IMG/VR virus record: IMGVR_UViG_3300031953_000036
Span: 1-43,370 of that record
From: a virus
Taxonomy: Duplodnaviria > Caudoviricetes
Reading direction: 5' to 3' (one strand)
Length of the DNA stretch: 43,370 bases
Shown: piece after piece, positions 26,922-34,856 of the stretch
Layout: every line of letters starts with the position of its first letter
Numbering within the stretch: the first letter of the stretch is position 1
The notes under the pieces: generated by a model
Seen by the model: the letters and a program-made list of their open reading frames with translations, nothing else
Database searches by the model: none
What the model was told of the DNA's origin: nothing
Translations under genes and position numbers: made by a program

Positions 26922-26963
26922 ACATTAACCGGCGGTTATGCTTCTCGTCAACACCGCCGGTTA
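26922..26963 (-). promoter_or_regulatory. pL promoter with OL operators
   Basis: TTGACG(26951)-18-TAATGT(26927); TAACCGGCGGTTA 26926-26938 and variant 26951-26963. Confidence 0.85.
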
Positions 26964-26982
26964 ATTTATTTTAAGAGGGCAC

Positions 26983-27006
26983 AAAAAAACCGCACAAGGT
27001 GCGCGG
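26983..27006 (-). terminator. Intrinsic terminator upstream of pL
   Basis: Minus strand CCGCGC-ACCTT-GTGCGG-TTTTTTT. Confidence 0.65.
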
Positions 27007-27071
27007 GCCTGGGCGGTCGGAGTAGGGGTGGGGTTAAGCGTTAGCCAGAACGGCTGGAGAGGGCTGGAACG

Positions 27072-27097
27072 AAAAAGCCCGGCGCTGGATCGGGCTT
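27072..27097 (-). terminator. Terminator of the cI immunity transcript
   Basis: Minus strand AAGCCCG-ATCCAGCGC-CGGGCTT-TTT. Confidence 0.7.
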
Positions 27098-27108
27098 GAT
27101 TAGCCGGC

Positions 27109-27537
27109 CTAGGCCGTCATGGCCCAGCCATTGTCTTGGCGCGCGAACTCAGCTTGGCGTGGCGGCTCCCCAGAGGCCTCTGGGAATGTCTGGCGCCGCT
27201 GATTGGCTTGGCTGTGAGCTATGCAGTAGGCGCGCATGGCAATATCGACCATCTACTGCACATGGATGCCTCTTTGTTTTTCCCAGGCCGCTACGGCCTG
27301 CTCAGTAACGCCGAGTATGGCGGCCATCTGCGCATGGGTCAGATCCTGCTCTTTGCGCAAAAAACGGAACTGGGCGCCGGTCAGCGGCGCTTTCTGGCGT
27401 AGCAGGTCGACCGCAATAGCCAGGTGCAGGCCTTCAAGATCTTCTATGGAAACGCCAGGCCCGTAGGAGGTTTCCTCCAGGGTGTAACCGTTCTTGAGGT
27501 GGATGTTATCCAGCCCGCAAGAGGTGTAATGGTACAT
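27109..27537 (-). pseudogene. MqsA/HigA-like HTH antitoxin gene with one in-frame TAG at 27253-27255
   Basis: MYHYTSCGLDNIHLKNGY...LTGAQFRFLRKE..LT...A..LGV......WE; the frame continues 47 codons past the stop to ...QDNGWAMTA*. Confidence 0.7.
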
Positions 27538-27582
27538 GGCAATCACTTCGCGGCCTGTTGATGGGGCTGGGCCAGACTTGGG

Positions 27583-28338
27583 TTAGGCGGCCAAAGCCTC
27601 AATAAGATGGGCGGGACCTGTGTAGATAATTATTTCGGCGGCATCGGCAAGCGCGGTTGCCGCTTTTCGGCTTTCGTCCTCATCGCCCGGCTCTAGAACA
27701 ACCTTGCGCCGGGTATTGCTATGCGCGTTCTTGATGTCGAGCATCTTCCCGACTGCTCGATAGACCAGGCTCCAGTCCACCTTGCCCTGCTTGGTCGGTA
27801 TGGTCTGGATGAGCGTCGTCTCGCGATCTTCTCCCGTCAGTGCGAACGGTAGGGTGAGCTGGTGTCCGCTGGCGCCGAGGATATGGAAGTCGCTTCTCAG
27901 GCTGCCGGGGAATGCCGAGCGCAGGGCTGTCGCGACGACTTGATCAAATCGCGACACGGGCGATGGCCGGAGCTTATTGCAGGCGAAGCCCACGTGCTCG
28001 GCCGCTTCTATGAAGCGCGCCAGGTAATAGGCGAGCTGATCCTCGCGGCATGCTTTGAATATTTCACCGTCATCCGACAGCTCAAGGCCGCTCATCTCAA
28101 CAAGCCCCGCCAGCTTCTTGCCTTTTGCTGCCGATGGCTTCACTCCGTGAGTAATGGCCGCAAATAGGGTGTCGGCGTTGTCGCTGATCCGCACATTCCC
28201 GTTGCCCAGATTTTGGACGTATGCGCCTATCAAATTTCCGTCGAAAGCCAGCGTCAGCGGCGACTCCAGATAGAAGACGTCATCCGTGACGGGCTTGCAC
28301 TTGAAGCCGAGCTGGCTGCTGATTAGTGTGCAATTCAT
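27583..28338 (-). CDS. DUF1828/DUF1829-like protein
   Basis: FDGNLIGAYV...VRISDNADTL N-terminal domain; ILGASGH...LIQTI degenerate restriction-endonuclease-like C-terminal domain; ATGA coupled to upstream gene. Confidence 0.7.
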   Translation of the reverse strand: MNCTLISSQLGFKCKPVTDDVFYLESPLTLAFDGNLIGAYVQNLGNGNVRISDNADTLFAAITHGVKPSAAKGKKLAGLVEMSGLELSDDGEIFKACREDQLAYYLARFIEAAEHVGFACNKLRPSPVSRFDQVVATALRSAFPGSLRSDFHILGASGHQLTLPFALTGEDRETTLIQTIPTKQGKVDWSLVYRAVGKMLDIKNAHSNTRRKVVLEPGDEDESRKAATALADAAEIIIYTGPAHLIEALAA

Positions 28339-28853
28339 ACGTTTAGGTCCATTTGTCCTGATTCGGGAAGCGCTATTCTCGGGGCTTCGCTGATGTTCGC
28401 TTTTAGCAAGAATAGACCCCAAAGCGCTTGAACAGTAGTGGCGCTCAGTGGCTCGGCGTACCCGTAGCTGCTTTCCGGTACCGGAATATGCAGGTGAGGA
28501 AAGTCGATCGCACGCCGGTAATGAGACAGACCCGCACCGACCTTGTTTAGGTGTGAGCCGCTCCCATTATCATCGACAGCGATGACCCGTGACTTGTTCA
28601 CGACAAGCGTTATCGAGAGCGTGTCCCGCACCCCTGGAACCCGGCTTTTCTTGAAGTACAGGTCAACGAACCAGTCCTCGGCGAATGTTGTTTGCGCCTC
28701 ATTGAGCGCGAGCGCGGTCCGAAAACTATAAGGCGCTGGGAACCGTTTTGCTGAGGGCGATTTCCAGTCAAAAACCACGCCCCTGGGCCAGAATTTTGGG
28801 GTTTCAATCGCCAGCATGGCGTCATCGTAGGGAATGGTTTTTGGTTGTGCCAT
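28335..28853 (-). CDS. Hypothetical protein with H.N...PHLH motif (DUF6978-like)
   Basis: RVIAVDDNGSGSHLNKVG...IDFPHLH...GYAEPL; RBS GGAG; downstream of cI. Confidence 0.65.
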   Translation of the reverse strand: MAQPKTIPYDDAMLAIETPKFWPRGVVFDWKSPSAKRFPAPYSFRTALALNEAQTTFAEDWFVDLYFKKSRVPGVRDTLSITLVVNKSRVIAVDDNGSGSHLNKVGAGLSHYRRAIDFPHLHIPVPESSYGYAEPLSATTVQALWGLFLLKANISEAPRIALPESGQMDLNV

Positions 28854-28923
28854 CTAAACACTTGCTCCATGCATGCAATTGTCAAGCAACGCTTGACAGT
28901 TGAAAGTTCCAAACAGTCAGCGC

Positions 28924-29712
28924 TTAGAAAAACGCGGCGCCCCAGAAGACGCGGCCGATCAGGCTGATGTGGGCCTCTTGCTGCTGGGCGGCGGTGAAGT
29001 CTTCGTCCTGGTGTTCTTCGCGATTGTAGCTGCGCATGCGGATGCCCCCGCCGGGCAGGCGATAGAGCAGCTTCACGCGCAGCTGGCCATCGTGGTTGAG
29101 CGCGTAGATCTTGCCGTCGATGATCTGGGTTTCGCCGCGGTTGACCGCCACGGTGCTGCCATGCGGCATGACCGGCTCCATGCTGTTGCCGTGCACGCAC
29201 ACGCACACCGCCTGGTCGAACTGCACGCTGTGGTTGCGCAGGGTCTGTTTGCCGAAGCGTAGTTTTGCGGTACTGCTTTGCTCGATCACTGTGCGGCCAC
29301 TCCCTGCGGACAGCTCTACCTCTTTCAGAAAGGGGACTGCCACCTCGTCATCAGCAACGGGCGTTTCGTCGTCCCACGCATCGATTGGGCCGATGTAATA
29401 AGCATTTGAGTCGACTTCCGGCCGACTCGAGGAGTCACGGTCTTCATTTGTTATCTGAAGTCGCTGACGCGCCAGCCGCTCGCTAAATTTTTCGATTGGC
29501 TCATCAAGGAGCCTCGAAAGGACCATGGCGAACTGAAGGTTCAGCGCATTCGTGCCCTTAAAGTACAGATTTACAGCAGGCGCACTTATCCCCGCAGCAT
29601 CCGCAATTTTCTTTTGGCTGAGATTTAGTTCGTGCTTTTTCTTTAGGAATAGAGCGTGAGCCGCCTGGCATTCAGCAAGCAGGTCGCCGCTTAAGGGCTT
29701 CTTTTTTGTCAT
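28924..29712 (-). CDS. cI: CI repressor (HTH plus S24 autopeptidase)
   Basis: LSQKKIADAAGISAPAVNLY HTH; SAG cleavage site; GNSMEP; RVKLL; divergent from cro. Confidence 0.95.
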   Translation of the reverse strand: MTKKKPLSGDLLAECQAAHALFLKKKHELNLSQKKIADAAGISAPAVNLYFKGTNALNLQFAMVLSRLLDEPIEKFSERLARQRLQITNEDRDSSSRPEVDSNAYYIGPIDAWDDETPVADDEVAVPFLKEVELSAGSGRTVIEQSSTAKLRFGKQTLRNHSVQFDQAVCVCVHGNSMEPVMPHGSTVAVNRGETQIIDGKIYALNHDGQLRVKLLYRLPGGGIRMRSYNREEHQDEDFTAAQQQEAHISLIGRVFWGAAFF

Positions 29713-29718
29713 TCCGCC

Positions 29719-29789
29719 ACTTTATAACCGCTGGTTAATTTAGAACAGAAACCGGCGGTGTTGATTAGTGACTAACCGGCGGTTAATAT
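29719..29789. promoter_or_regulatory. OR region: three operators, pR and pRM
   Basis: Operators 29725-29737, 29749-29761, 29773-29785 (TAACCG-N-CGGTTA, 24-bp period); pR TTGATT-17-TAATAT; pRM -10 TAAAGT at 29724-29719. Confidence 0.88.
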
Positions 29790-29823
29790 CTGTTCTATAG
29801 TCCACACGTCGAGAATTCAGAAA

Positions 29824-30027
29824 ATGAATCAAATCCCACTTTCAGAGCTGGTTGCCGAGAAGGGCCAGGTCGCTGCGGCGAAGCTTCTCGGTGTCAGTCC
29901 CGCTGCGATCAGCAAGGCCCTTAGTTCTGGCCGAAACATTCAGCTCACCCTTCACGCGAACGGTTCGTGCGAAGCCCAAGAGCTGAAGCCTTTTCCGGCT
30001 CATGCAGCGATCAAGAAATCCGCCTGA
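29824..30027 (+). CDS. cro: Cro repressor
   Basis: GQVAAAKLLGVSPAAISKAL..GRNI...ELKPFP, lambda Cro family. Confidence 0.93.
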   Translation: MNQIPLSELVAEKGQVAAAKLLGVSPAAISKALSSGRNIQLTLHANGSCEAQELKPFPAHAAIKKSA

Positions 30028-30065
30028 CCCTTCCACCCAGCAGCGAGACCGAAAACGGAAACGAA

Positions 30066-30266
30066 ATGACCTACGACGAGAAATCACATCGGCAGGGACG
30101 CCAGGTAAAGGTGCTTCTGGATGATGACGTTTTCCAGGAACTCAAGGACGTGGCTCACGCCATGAAACTGCAACACAGCGTGCTGAGCCGCGAAATTATC
30201 AAGGCCGCGTTAGAGATCAAGCGGCGCGAAGGAGCGTTGCCGTTTGGACTGGATAAAAGGGCCTGA
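30066..30266 (+). CDS. RHH-like regulator in the cII position
   Basis: QVKVLLDD strand followed by two helices; 66 aa. Confidence 0.65.
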   Translation: MTYDEKSHRQGRQVKVLLDDDVFQELKDVAHAMKLQHSVLSREIIKAALEIKRREGALPFGLDKRA

Positions 30267-30287
30267 GAAGGCCCCTCGGGAGTAGTG

Positions 30288-30509
30288 ATGGATCGCTTGG
30301 GCTTGGACCGAAAAACGCAAGAAGAGCTGGCCCAATGGGCAGCGCAGATTGGCGCGACACCCGGCGCACTGGGGCAGGAGATCGTGCGGCTTGCGCTGCC
30401 CAGCCTCAAGGCGGCGGTCGCTGCCGAAGGGGCATCGGTCAGCAATGTAGTGGCGATAACAAGCAGGGCCGGTCCCTGGTTAGGGACTCGCAAGATCAAC
30501 GGACGGTAG
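30288..30509 (+). CDS. Small RHH-like hypothetical protein
   Basis: RBS GGGAG; LGLDRKTQEELAQWA...PGALGQEIVR. Confidence 0.55.
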   Translation: MDRLGLDRKTQEELAQWAAQIGATPGALGQEIVRLALPSLKAAVAAEGASVSNVVAITSRAGPWLGTRKINGR

Positions 30510-30582
30510 TAAGGGGTCCCTATTTCGGGACTCACAAAATTAGCGGCCGGTAATAAAGGGTCCTTTATTCGGGACTCGCAAA
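30471..30582. repeat. Three 44-bp tandem repeats (third partial), each with a GTCC(C/T)-N6-GGGACT palindrome
   Basis: Units begin at 30471, 30515 and 30559. Confidence 0.85.
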
Positions 30583-30590
30583 CGCCAGGC

Positions 30591-30622
30591 AAAAAAAAGC
30601 CACCGGTCGAGGGTGGCGTTTT
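30591..30622. terminator. Hairpin or bidirectional terminator
   Basis: A8-GCCACC-GGTCGAG-GGTGGC-GTTTT. Confidence 0.6.
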
Positions 30623-30648
30623 CTACAGCGGTATACAGCGAGGCCATT

Positions 30649-31356
30649 ATGGGCACGATCAGCACACCACGCAACACCGTCACGATGAGCAGCCGAGAGA
30701 TCGCCGCGCTCACCGGCAAGCAGCACAAAGACGTGATCCGCGATGTGCGCGCCATGCGTAAAGCGCTGGAGAAAGATGGCGCAGATCTGCGCCATCTCCA
30801 AGAGGCCCTGGATAGCCGGGGTTACACCGCTGAGTTTCAGCTTGATCGCCTGCTGACTGAAACGCTGCTGGCCGGCTACAGCGTCGCGCTCCGTTATCGC
30901 GTCGTGACACGTTTAAGCGAATTAGAAAACGTGTCACGACAGGCCGTAACGGTTCCGCAAACGCTGGCTCAGGCCCTGCGCCTCGCCGCCGATCAAGCCG
31001 AGCAGAACCAGCAGCTTCATCAGCTCATCGTTGAGCAGGCGCCGAAGCTGCACGCGCTTGCTGTCCTGGCCGAAACCACTGGCTCGATCTGTATCACGGA
31101 TGCCGCGAAGCACATCGGGGTGCCGCCCCAGAAGCTGTTCAAGTGGCTCAGTGCGCACCGTTGGATTTATCGGCGCGGCAGTCGCCTGGGCTGGTCGGCG
31201 TTCCAGCCACGGCTATCCAGCGGGCTGCTGGAGCACAAGTTGGTCACCCTTAACCGCGATGACGATGCCGACTTCGTAAAGGTTGTCGAGCACGTACTTG
31301 TTACCCGCAGGGGCCTTACCTGCCTGGCTGAACAAATCAATGGAGCTTCACTGTGA
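30649..31356 (+). CDS. Rha-family / KilA-C antirepressor-like protein
   Basis: TMSSREIAALTGKQHKDVIRD; PQTLAQALRLAAD; ITDAAK..G...KLFKWL; LVTRRG. Confidence 0.85.
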   Translation: MGTISTPRNTVTMSSREIAALTGKQHKDVIRDVRAMRKALEKDGADLRHLQEALDSRGYTAEFQLDRLLTETLLAGYSVALRYRVVTRLSELENVSRQAVTVPQTLAQALRLAADQAEQNQQLHQLIVEQAPKLHALAVLAETTGSICITDAAKHIGVPPQKLFKWLSAHRWIYRRGSRLGWSAFQPRLSSGLLEHKLVTLNRDDDADFVKVVEHVLVTRRGLTCLAEQINGASL

Positions 31357-32210
31357 GCGTTCAAGCAATGTCCTGGGCGCTGCAGATCGCCAAGGCTGAC
31401 CTTTCTGATTCCAGCGCCCGGCATGTGCTGCTGTGCCTTGCAAACTACGCGAGCGCTGATGGTCGCGGCACCTTTCCATCGGCCGGCAGGCTGAGCGAAG
31501 ACACCGGCCTGTCGGAGCGCACGGTGCGCTACAAGCTTGAGCTGTTGCGGGAGGCGGGCTGGATTGCGCGCGGCAATCAGGCATTGGCTGCCGTGTACAT
31601 CGATCAGCATGACCGCCGCCCCGTTGTGTATGACTTGCAGCTTAAGCGGGGTGCAAATTCTGCACCCCGTTCAAAGCGCGGCGCAACCGATGAAGAGGCG
31701 GGGTGCAATCTGCAACAGGACGGGGTGCAATCTACGACAGAGCGGGGTGCAACTGACGCAGCGGGGTGCAACCTACAACAGGACGGGGTGCAGATTTCGA
31801 CCGAACGGGGTGCAGAATCTGCACCCAAACCATCACTTAACCATCAAGTAACCGAAGAGCTGCAGCAGCGCGAGATTGCTCAGGCCCTGGCCGAACAGGA
31901 TCGACAAGCGCTCGAAGCCCTAGAAGCAACCACCGACGACCGGCAACGCTTTGCCATGTTCGCCGCCTGGGAGCCGATGCCGAAAGCCTTGGCCGATCAG
32001 CTGGCCATTGCCGGGCTGCCCGCCGATTCGGTAACCGCCGAGGTTCTCGCCGGGTTCAAGGGGTACTTCGTGGCCAGGCCCGCGACCGTCGACAGCGCGG
32101 GCGGTTGGTGTTTCCGGCTGGTCGCCTGGGTCAAGCGTGAGCGCGCATCGGCTGCCACTGACGAGCCTGGCACTGGCGGCAACTGGGCCGCCAAAGGGGT
32201 GATCCTGTGA
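31353..32210 (+). CDS. Replication initiator (O-like; winged HTH plus DnaT-like C-terminus)
   Basis: VLLCLANYA, FPS..RLSEDTGLSERTV; internal iteron array. Confidence 0.88.
   Translation: MSVQAMSWALQIAKADLSDSSARHVLLCLANYASADGRGTFPSAGRLSEDTGLSERTVRYKLELLREAGWIARGNQALAAVYIDQHDRRPVVYDLQLKRGANSAPRSKRGATDEEAGCNLQQDGVQSTTERGATDAAGCNLQQDGVQISTERGAESAPKPSLNHQVTEELQQREIAQALAEQDRQALEALEATTDDRQRFAMFAAWEPMPKALADQLAIAGLPADSVTAEVLAGFKGYFVARPATVDSAGGWCFRLVAWVKRERASAATDEPGTGGNWAAKGVIL
31647..31826. repeat. Replication origin iterons CGGGGTGCA
   Basis: Copies at 31647, 31699, 31721, 31743, 31762, 31784 and 31806 (mostly 22-bp spacing); first and last have inverted partners. Confidence 0.85.
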
Positions 32211-32911
32211 GTGGGCCGAAGCGTAGTGATGTGAGCGCCCCGCAGCGTGCCGGCTACCTTGTGGCCACACGGAAAACCGACCCGAGTTACGTGCGCGCCC
32301 CGGAACCGAGCGGCGTCGTGGAGATCGATCCGGCCACCCAGGCGGTGATTGATGATTTGTTTCTGCGCCTGCAGGGTGCCTGTGGCGCGTGGCGGCAGTC
32401 GTGGCCCAGTCAGCGGATCATGGACGCCTCCAAGCTGGAATGGCTCGCCGAGTTCATGCGCTCGGGTATTAATTCGATGGAACAGATCCGCCACGGCATG
32501 CGTGTGGTCAGTGCCAGCAAGTTGGCGTTCGTGCCGGCGCCGAGGGTGTTTGTCGAGTGGTGCTTTGCGCCGGAGGGCCTGGGTCTGCCGGGCGTTGAGG
32601 TCGCCTACCTGCAAGCCATCCGCAATTCACACCCGTGCATGAACGGGCAGGGTAAGTGGGCGCACCCGGCGATTTATCACGCGGCGGCCGCCGCCGGGTT
32701 TCACCGCCTGCAGTCGCTCAGCCGGGAGCTGGGCGTCCTGCGCTTCGAAGAAAAGTACCTGGAGCAGTGCCGCAAGATCTGGAGCGGCGAGGTTCTTGCG
32801 CCTGTCCCGGTTGCGCAGTTGGCCGCGCCCACCCCACGCATGACGCCAGCAGTCGGCAACGCAGCGCTCGAGCAGTTGCATGCTCGGTGCGGAGGGGCTT
32901 CCCGTGGTTGA
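32207..32911 (+). CDS. Replication protein P (helicase loader)
   Basis: KLEWLAEF..SGI...QI..G, FVPAPRVFVEWC, WAHPAIYHA. Confidence 0.85.
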   Translation: MSGPKRSDVSAPQRAGYLVATRKTDPSYVRAPEPSGVVEIDPATQAVIDDLFLRLQGACGAWRQSWPSQRIMDASKLEWLAEFMRSGINSMEQIRHGMRVVSASKLAFVPAPRVFVEWCFAPEGLGLPGVEVAYLQAIRNSHPCMNGQGKWAHPAIYHAAAAAGFHRLQSLSRELGVLRFEEKYLEQCRKIWSGEVLAPVPVAQLAAPTPRMTPAVGNAALEQLHARCGGASRG

Positions 32912-33038
32912 GCCCTTATCCCTCCTGGCTATCGGTGCGGCCGCCGCGCTTTTCGTGCCCGAATGCTCGACGTGGCGATCCATTGGCATCGCCTGCTGCC
33001 TTTACGCGGCATTTCTGCTGGGCGGCGCTCATGTCTGA
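32904..33038 (+). CDS. Small membrane peptide (44 aa; absent from the ORF track)
   Basis: RBS GGAGG, GTG start, two hydrophobic segments, overlaps both neighbours. Confidence 0.5.
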   Translation: MVEPLSLLAIGAAAALFVPECSTWRSIGIACCLYAAFLLGGAHV

Positions 33039-33255
33039 CTGGAATCCACCGGAAACCGCGCCAAAGGATCGCACCATCCTCGCCAATGTCGGCTACCCGT
33101 GGGCCGTGCTGGCGTGCTGGAGCGAGTACGCGCAGCGCTGGGTTGTCGCGGAGCTGCAGGGGAACATATTCGAGGGCAAGGATGATCCGTCATGGATCGG
33201 AGAGCCTGAAGATGAGCTGCTGGGCTGGATGGATCTGCCGAGCGTCAAGCCATGA
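33031..33255 (+). CDS. Hypothetical protein (DUF551-like)
   Basis: W.P.ETAPKD...WMDLP. Confidence 0.7.
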   Translation: MSDWNPPETAPKDRTILANVGYPWAVLACWSEYAQRWVVAELQGNIFEGKDDPSWIGEPEDELLGWMDLPSVKP

Positions 33256-33476
33256 ACGACCTGCCCCTGGCTGTGCCCGCCCCGGCGCTCTATCGCTACG
33301 CCGTGCACTGCTGCGCTTTCAAGATGGACCTCGGTTCACGCCCTGATCATGCCGTTGCACTGTTTGCCCATGCGGGCATGGCGAACGCCTACGGCGTGAA
33401 GATGTGGCCCGGGACGTTTGAAGTGGTCGATCTGCTGGCGCACGCGACTCAAGAAGGTGTGATGAATGACCGCTGA
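33252..33476 (+). CDS. Hypothetical phage protein
   Basis: ATGA coupling; 74 aa. Confidence 0.65.
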   Translation: MNDLPLAVPAPALYRYAVHCCAFKMDLGSRPDHAVALFAHAGMANAYGVKMWPGTFEVVDLLAHATQEGVMNDR

Positions 33477-34701
33477 ACTGAAGACCCTGCACGTCAGCAT
33501 CAGCGATGCCGAGATACGCAAGCGTGCCGCCGGCCCGGTGCGCCAGTTGCGCGATCACCGCTACCCCGAGTTGCGTTTCCGGTATTCAACTGCCGACCGT
33601 AACAAAGGCGCTTGGCACGTCGTGGTGCGCGGCAAGTGGGGCAAAGCCGGCAACTATCCTGGCATCAACGCCAAGCTGATGCAGGCCACTCTGCCCGCCA
33701 TCCTCGCCCGTCGCTCTATTGACCCGGACGCCACGTCGACCACCACCAGCTGGACTACGGTGGGTGATGCGCTGACCTGGTACGCCGACCGCATGAGCCG
33801 CGACCGCGGGCTGTCCGCCAAGCGCAAGGCTAGCGCTCAGTCTGCGTTACGTTGCCACTTGGTGCCGCGACTTCAACATCTGGAGTTGGCCAGCCTTGAC
33901 CGTGCCAGCCTCGACCGCCTGCTGATGTGGCCGATGCAAGAGTGTTTCGAGCTGTCGTTCGTGCGCTCGGTCTATGGCGTGTTGGCTGTGGCGTTCCGGC
34001 AAGCCACTCGCCTGGCGCTGCTGGGCGTCAACCCCATGGTTGCCCTCAAGTACACCGACTTTGTGCAAACCCGGATCAAGCCCAAGCCTGCCCGGTTGCG
34101 TGGTGATGACCTGCCCGAGCTGCTGCAGAACCTGGCCGAACGGCTCGAGCGCGCACCGCGGGCGTCCATGCTGGCCCTGATGATGCTCTGTCACGGCACC
34201 CGCATTGGCGAGACCCGGTTGGCGCGCTGGAAGAACCTCAATCTGACCACGGGCCAATGGTTCATTCCGGCACAGGACACCAAGACCAAGGCCGAACACA
34301 CACTGCCACTCACCCGCCAAACGTGCGCCCTGATTGAGCAGTACCGGACCATTCAGCAAGGCCGAGGGTATCAGGGGCCATTCTTGTTCCCTGGTCGCGA
34401 TGACGGCGCCATCAGCACGACTACAGCCAGCAGCCTGTTCAAGGTTATGTCCAAGGGGAAATGGTCGAGCCACGACCTGCGCAAGGTGGCTCGCACCGCC
34501 TGGGCTGATCTGGGCGTCGATTACATGGTGGGCGAGATGCTGTTGAACCATGCCATGAAAGACCTTGATGCGACTTACATCCACACCACCGCCGAGGGCA
34601 TGAAACGCAAGGCCTTGGAGACGTGGCACTGCCACCTTGATAGCCACGGTTTCAGTGCCTTGCGCGGTGAGACATATGCGAGACAGGCGGTCGGCCAATA
34701 A
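33466..34701 (+). CDS. Second tyrosine recombinase (nin region)
   Basis: HGTRIGE, TKTK, HDLRK, LLNH, TY: full R-K-H-R-H-Y set; N-terminal arm-binding-like domain. Confidence 0.9.
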   Translation: MTAELKTLHVSISDAEIRKRAAGPVRQLRDHRYPELRFRYSTADRNKGAWHVVVRGKWGKAGNYPGINAKLMQATLPAILARRSIDPDATSTTTSWTTVGDALTWYADRMSRDRGLSAKRKASAQSALRCHLVPRLQHLELASLDRASLDRLLMWPMQECFELSFVRSVYGVLAVAFRQATRLALLGVNPMVALKYTDFVQTRIKPKPARLRGDDLPELLQNLAERLERAPRASMLALMMLCHGTRIGETRLARWKNLNLTTGQWFIPAQDTKTKAEHTLPLTRQTCALIEQYRTIQQGRGYQGPFLFPGRDDGAISTTTASSLFKVMSKGKWSSHDLRKVARTAWADLGVDYMVGEMLLNHAMKDLDATYIHTTAEGMKRKALETWHCHLDSHGFSALRGETYARQAVGQ

Positions 34702-34856
34702 CCCGCGCAGGCCAGTAACCGCAAGGCCCGCAGCGCTTTCGCGTATCCATTCCAAGGGAGGATGCTAAGAGGGTTCCGGGCCGATCCACAGCAGGACATT
34801 CGCAAGCGGCATGGCCTCCAGTCATGCCAACGAACAGTAAAAGGCGAGGTTTAAAA

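Noticed and set aside
26338-26925. 195-aa Arg-rich ORF as gene N
   Set aside because: Its ATG lies within the pL -10 element, it has no RBS, it overlaps 26222-26506 and the region is better explained as structured RNA
30471-30582. Mini CRISPR array
   Set aside because: The inter-palindrome segments are similar to each other (tandem duplication, not unique spacers) and there are no cas genes
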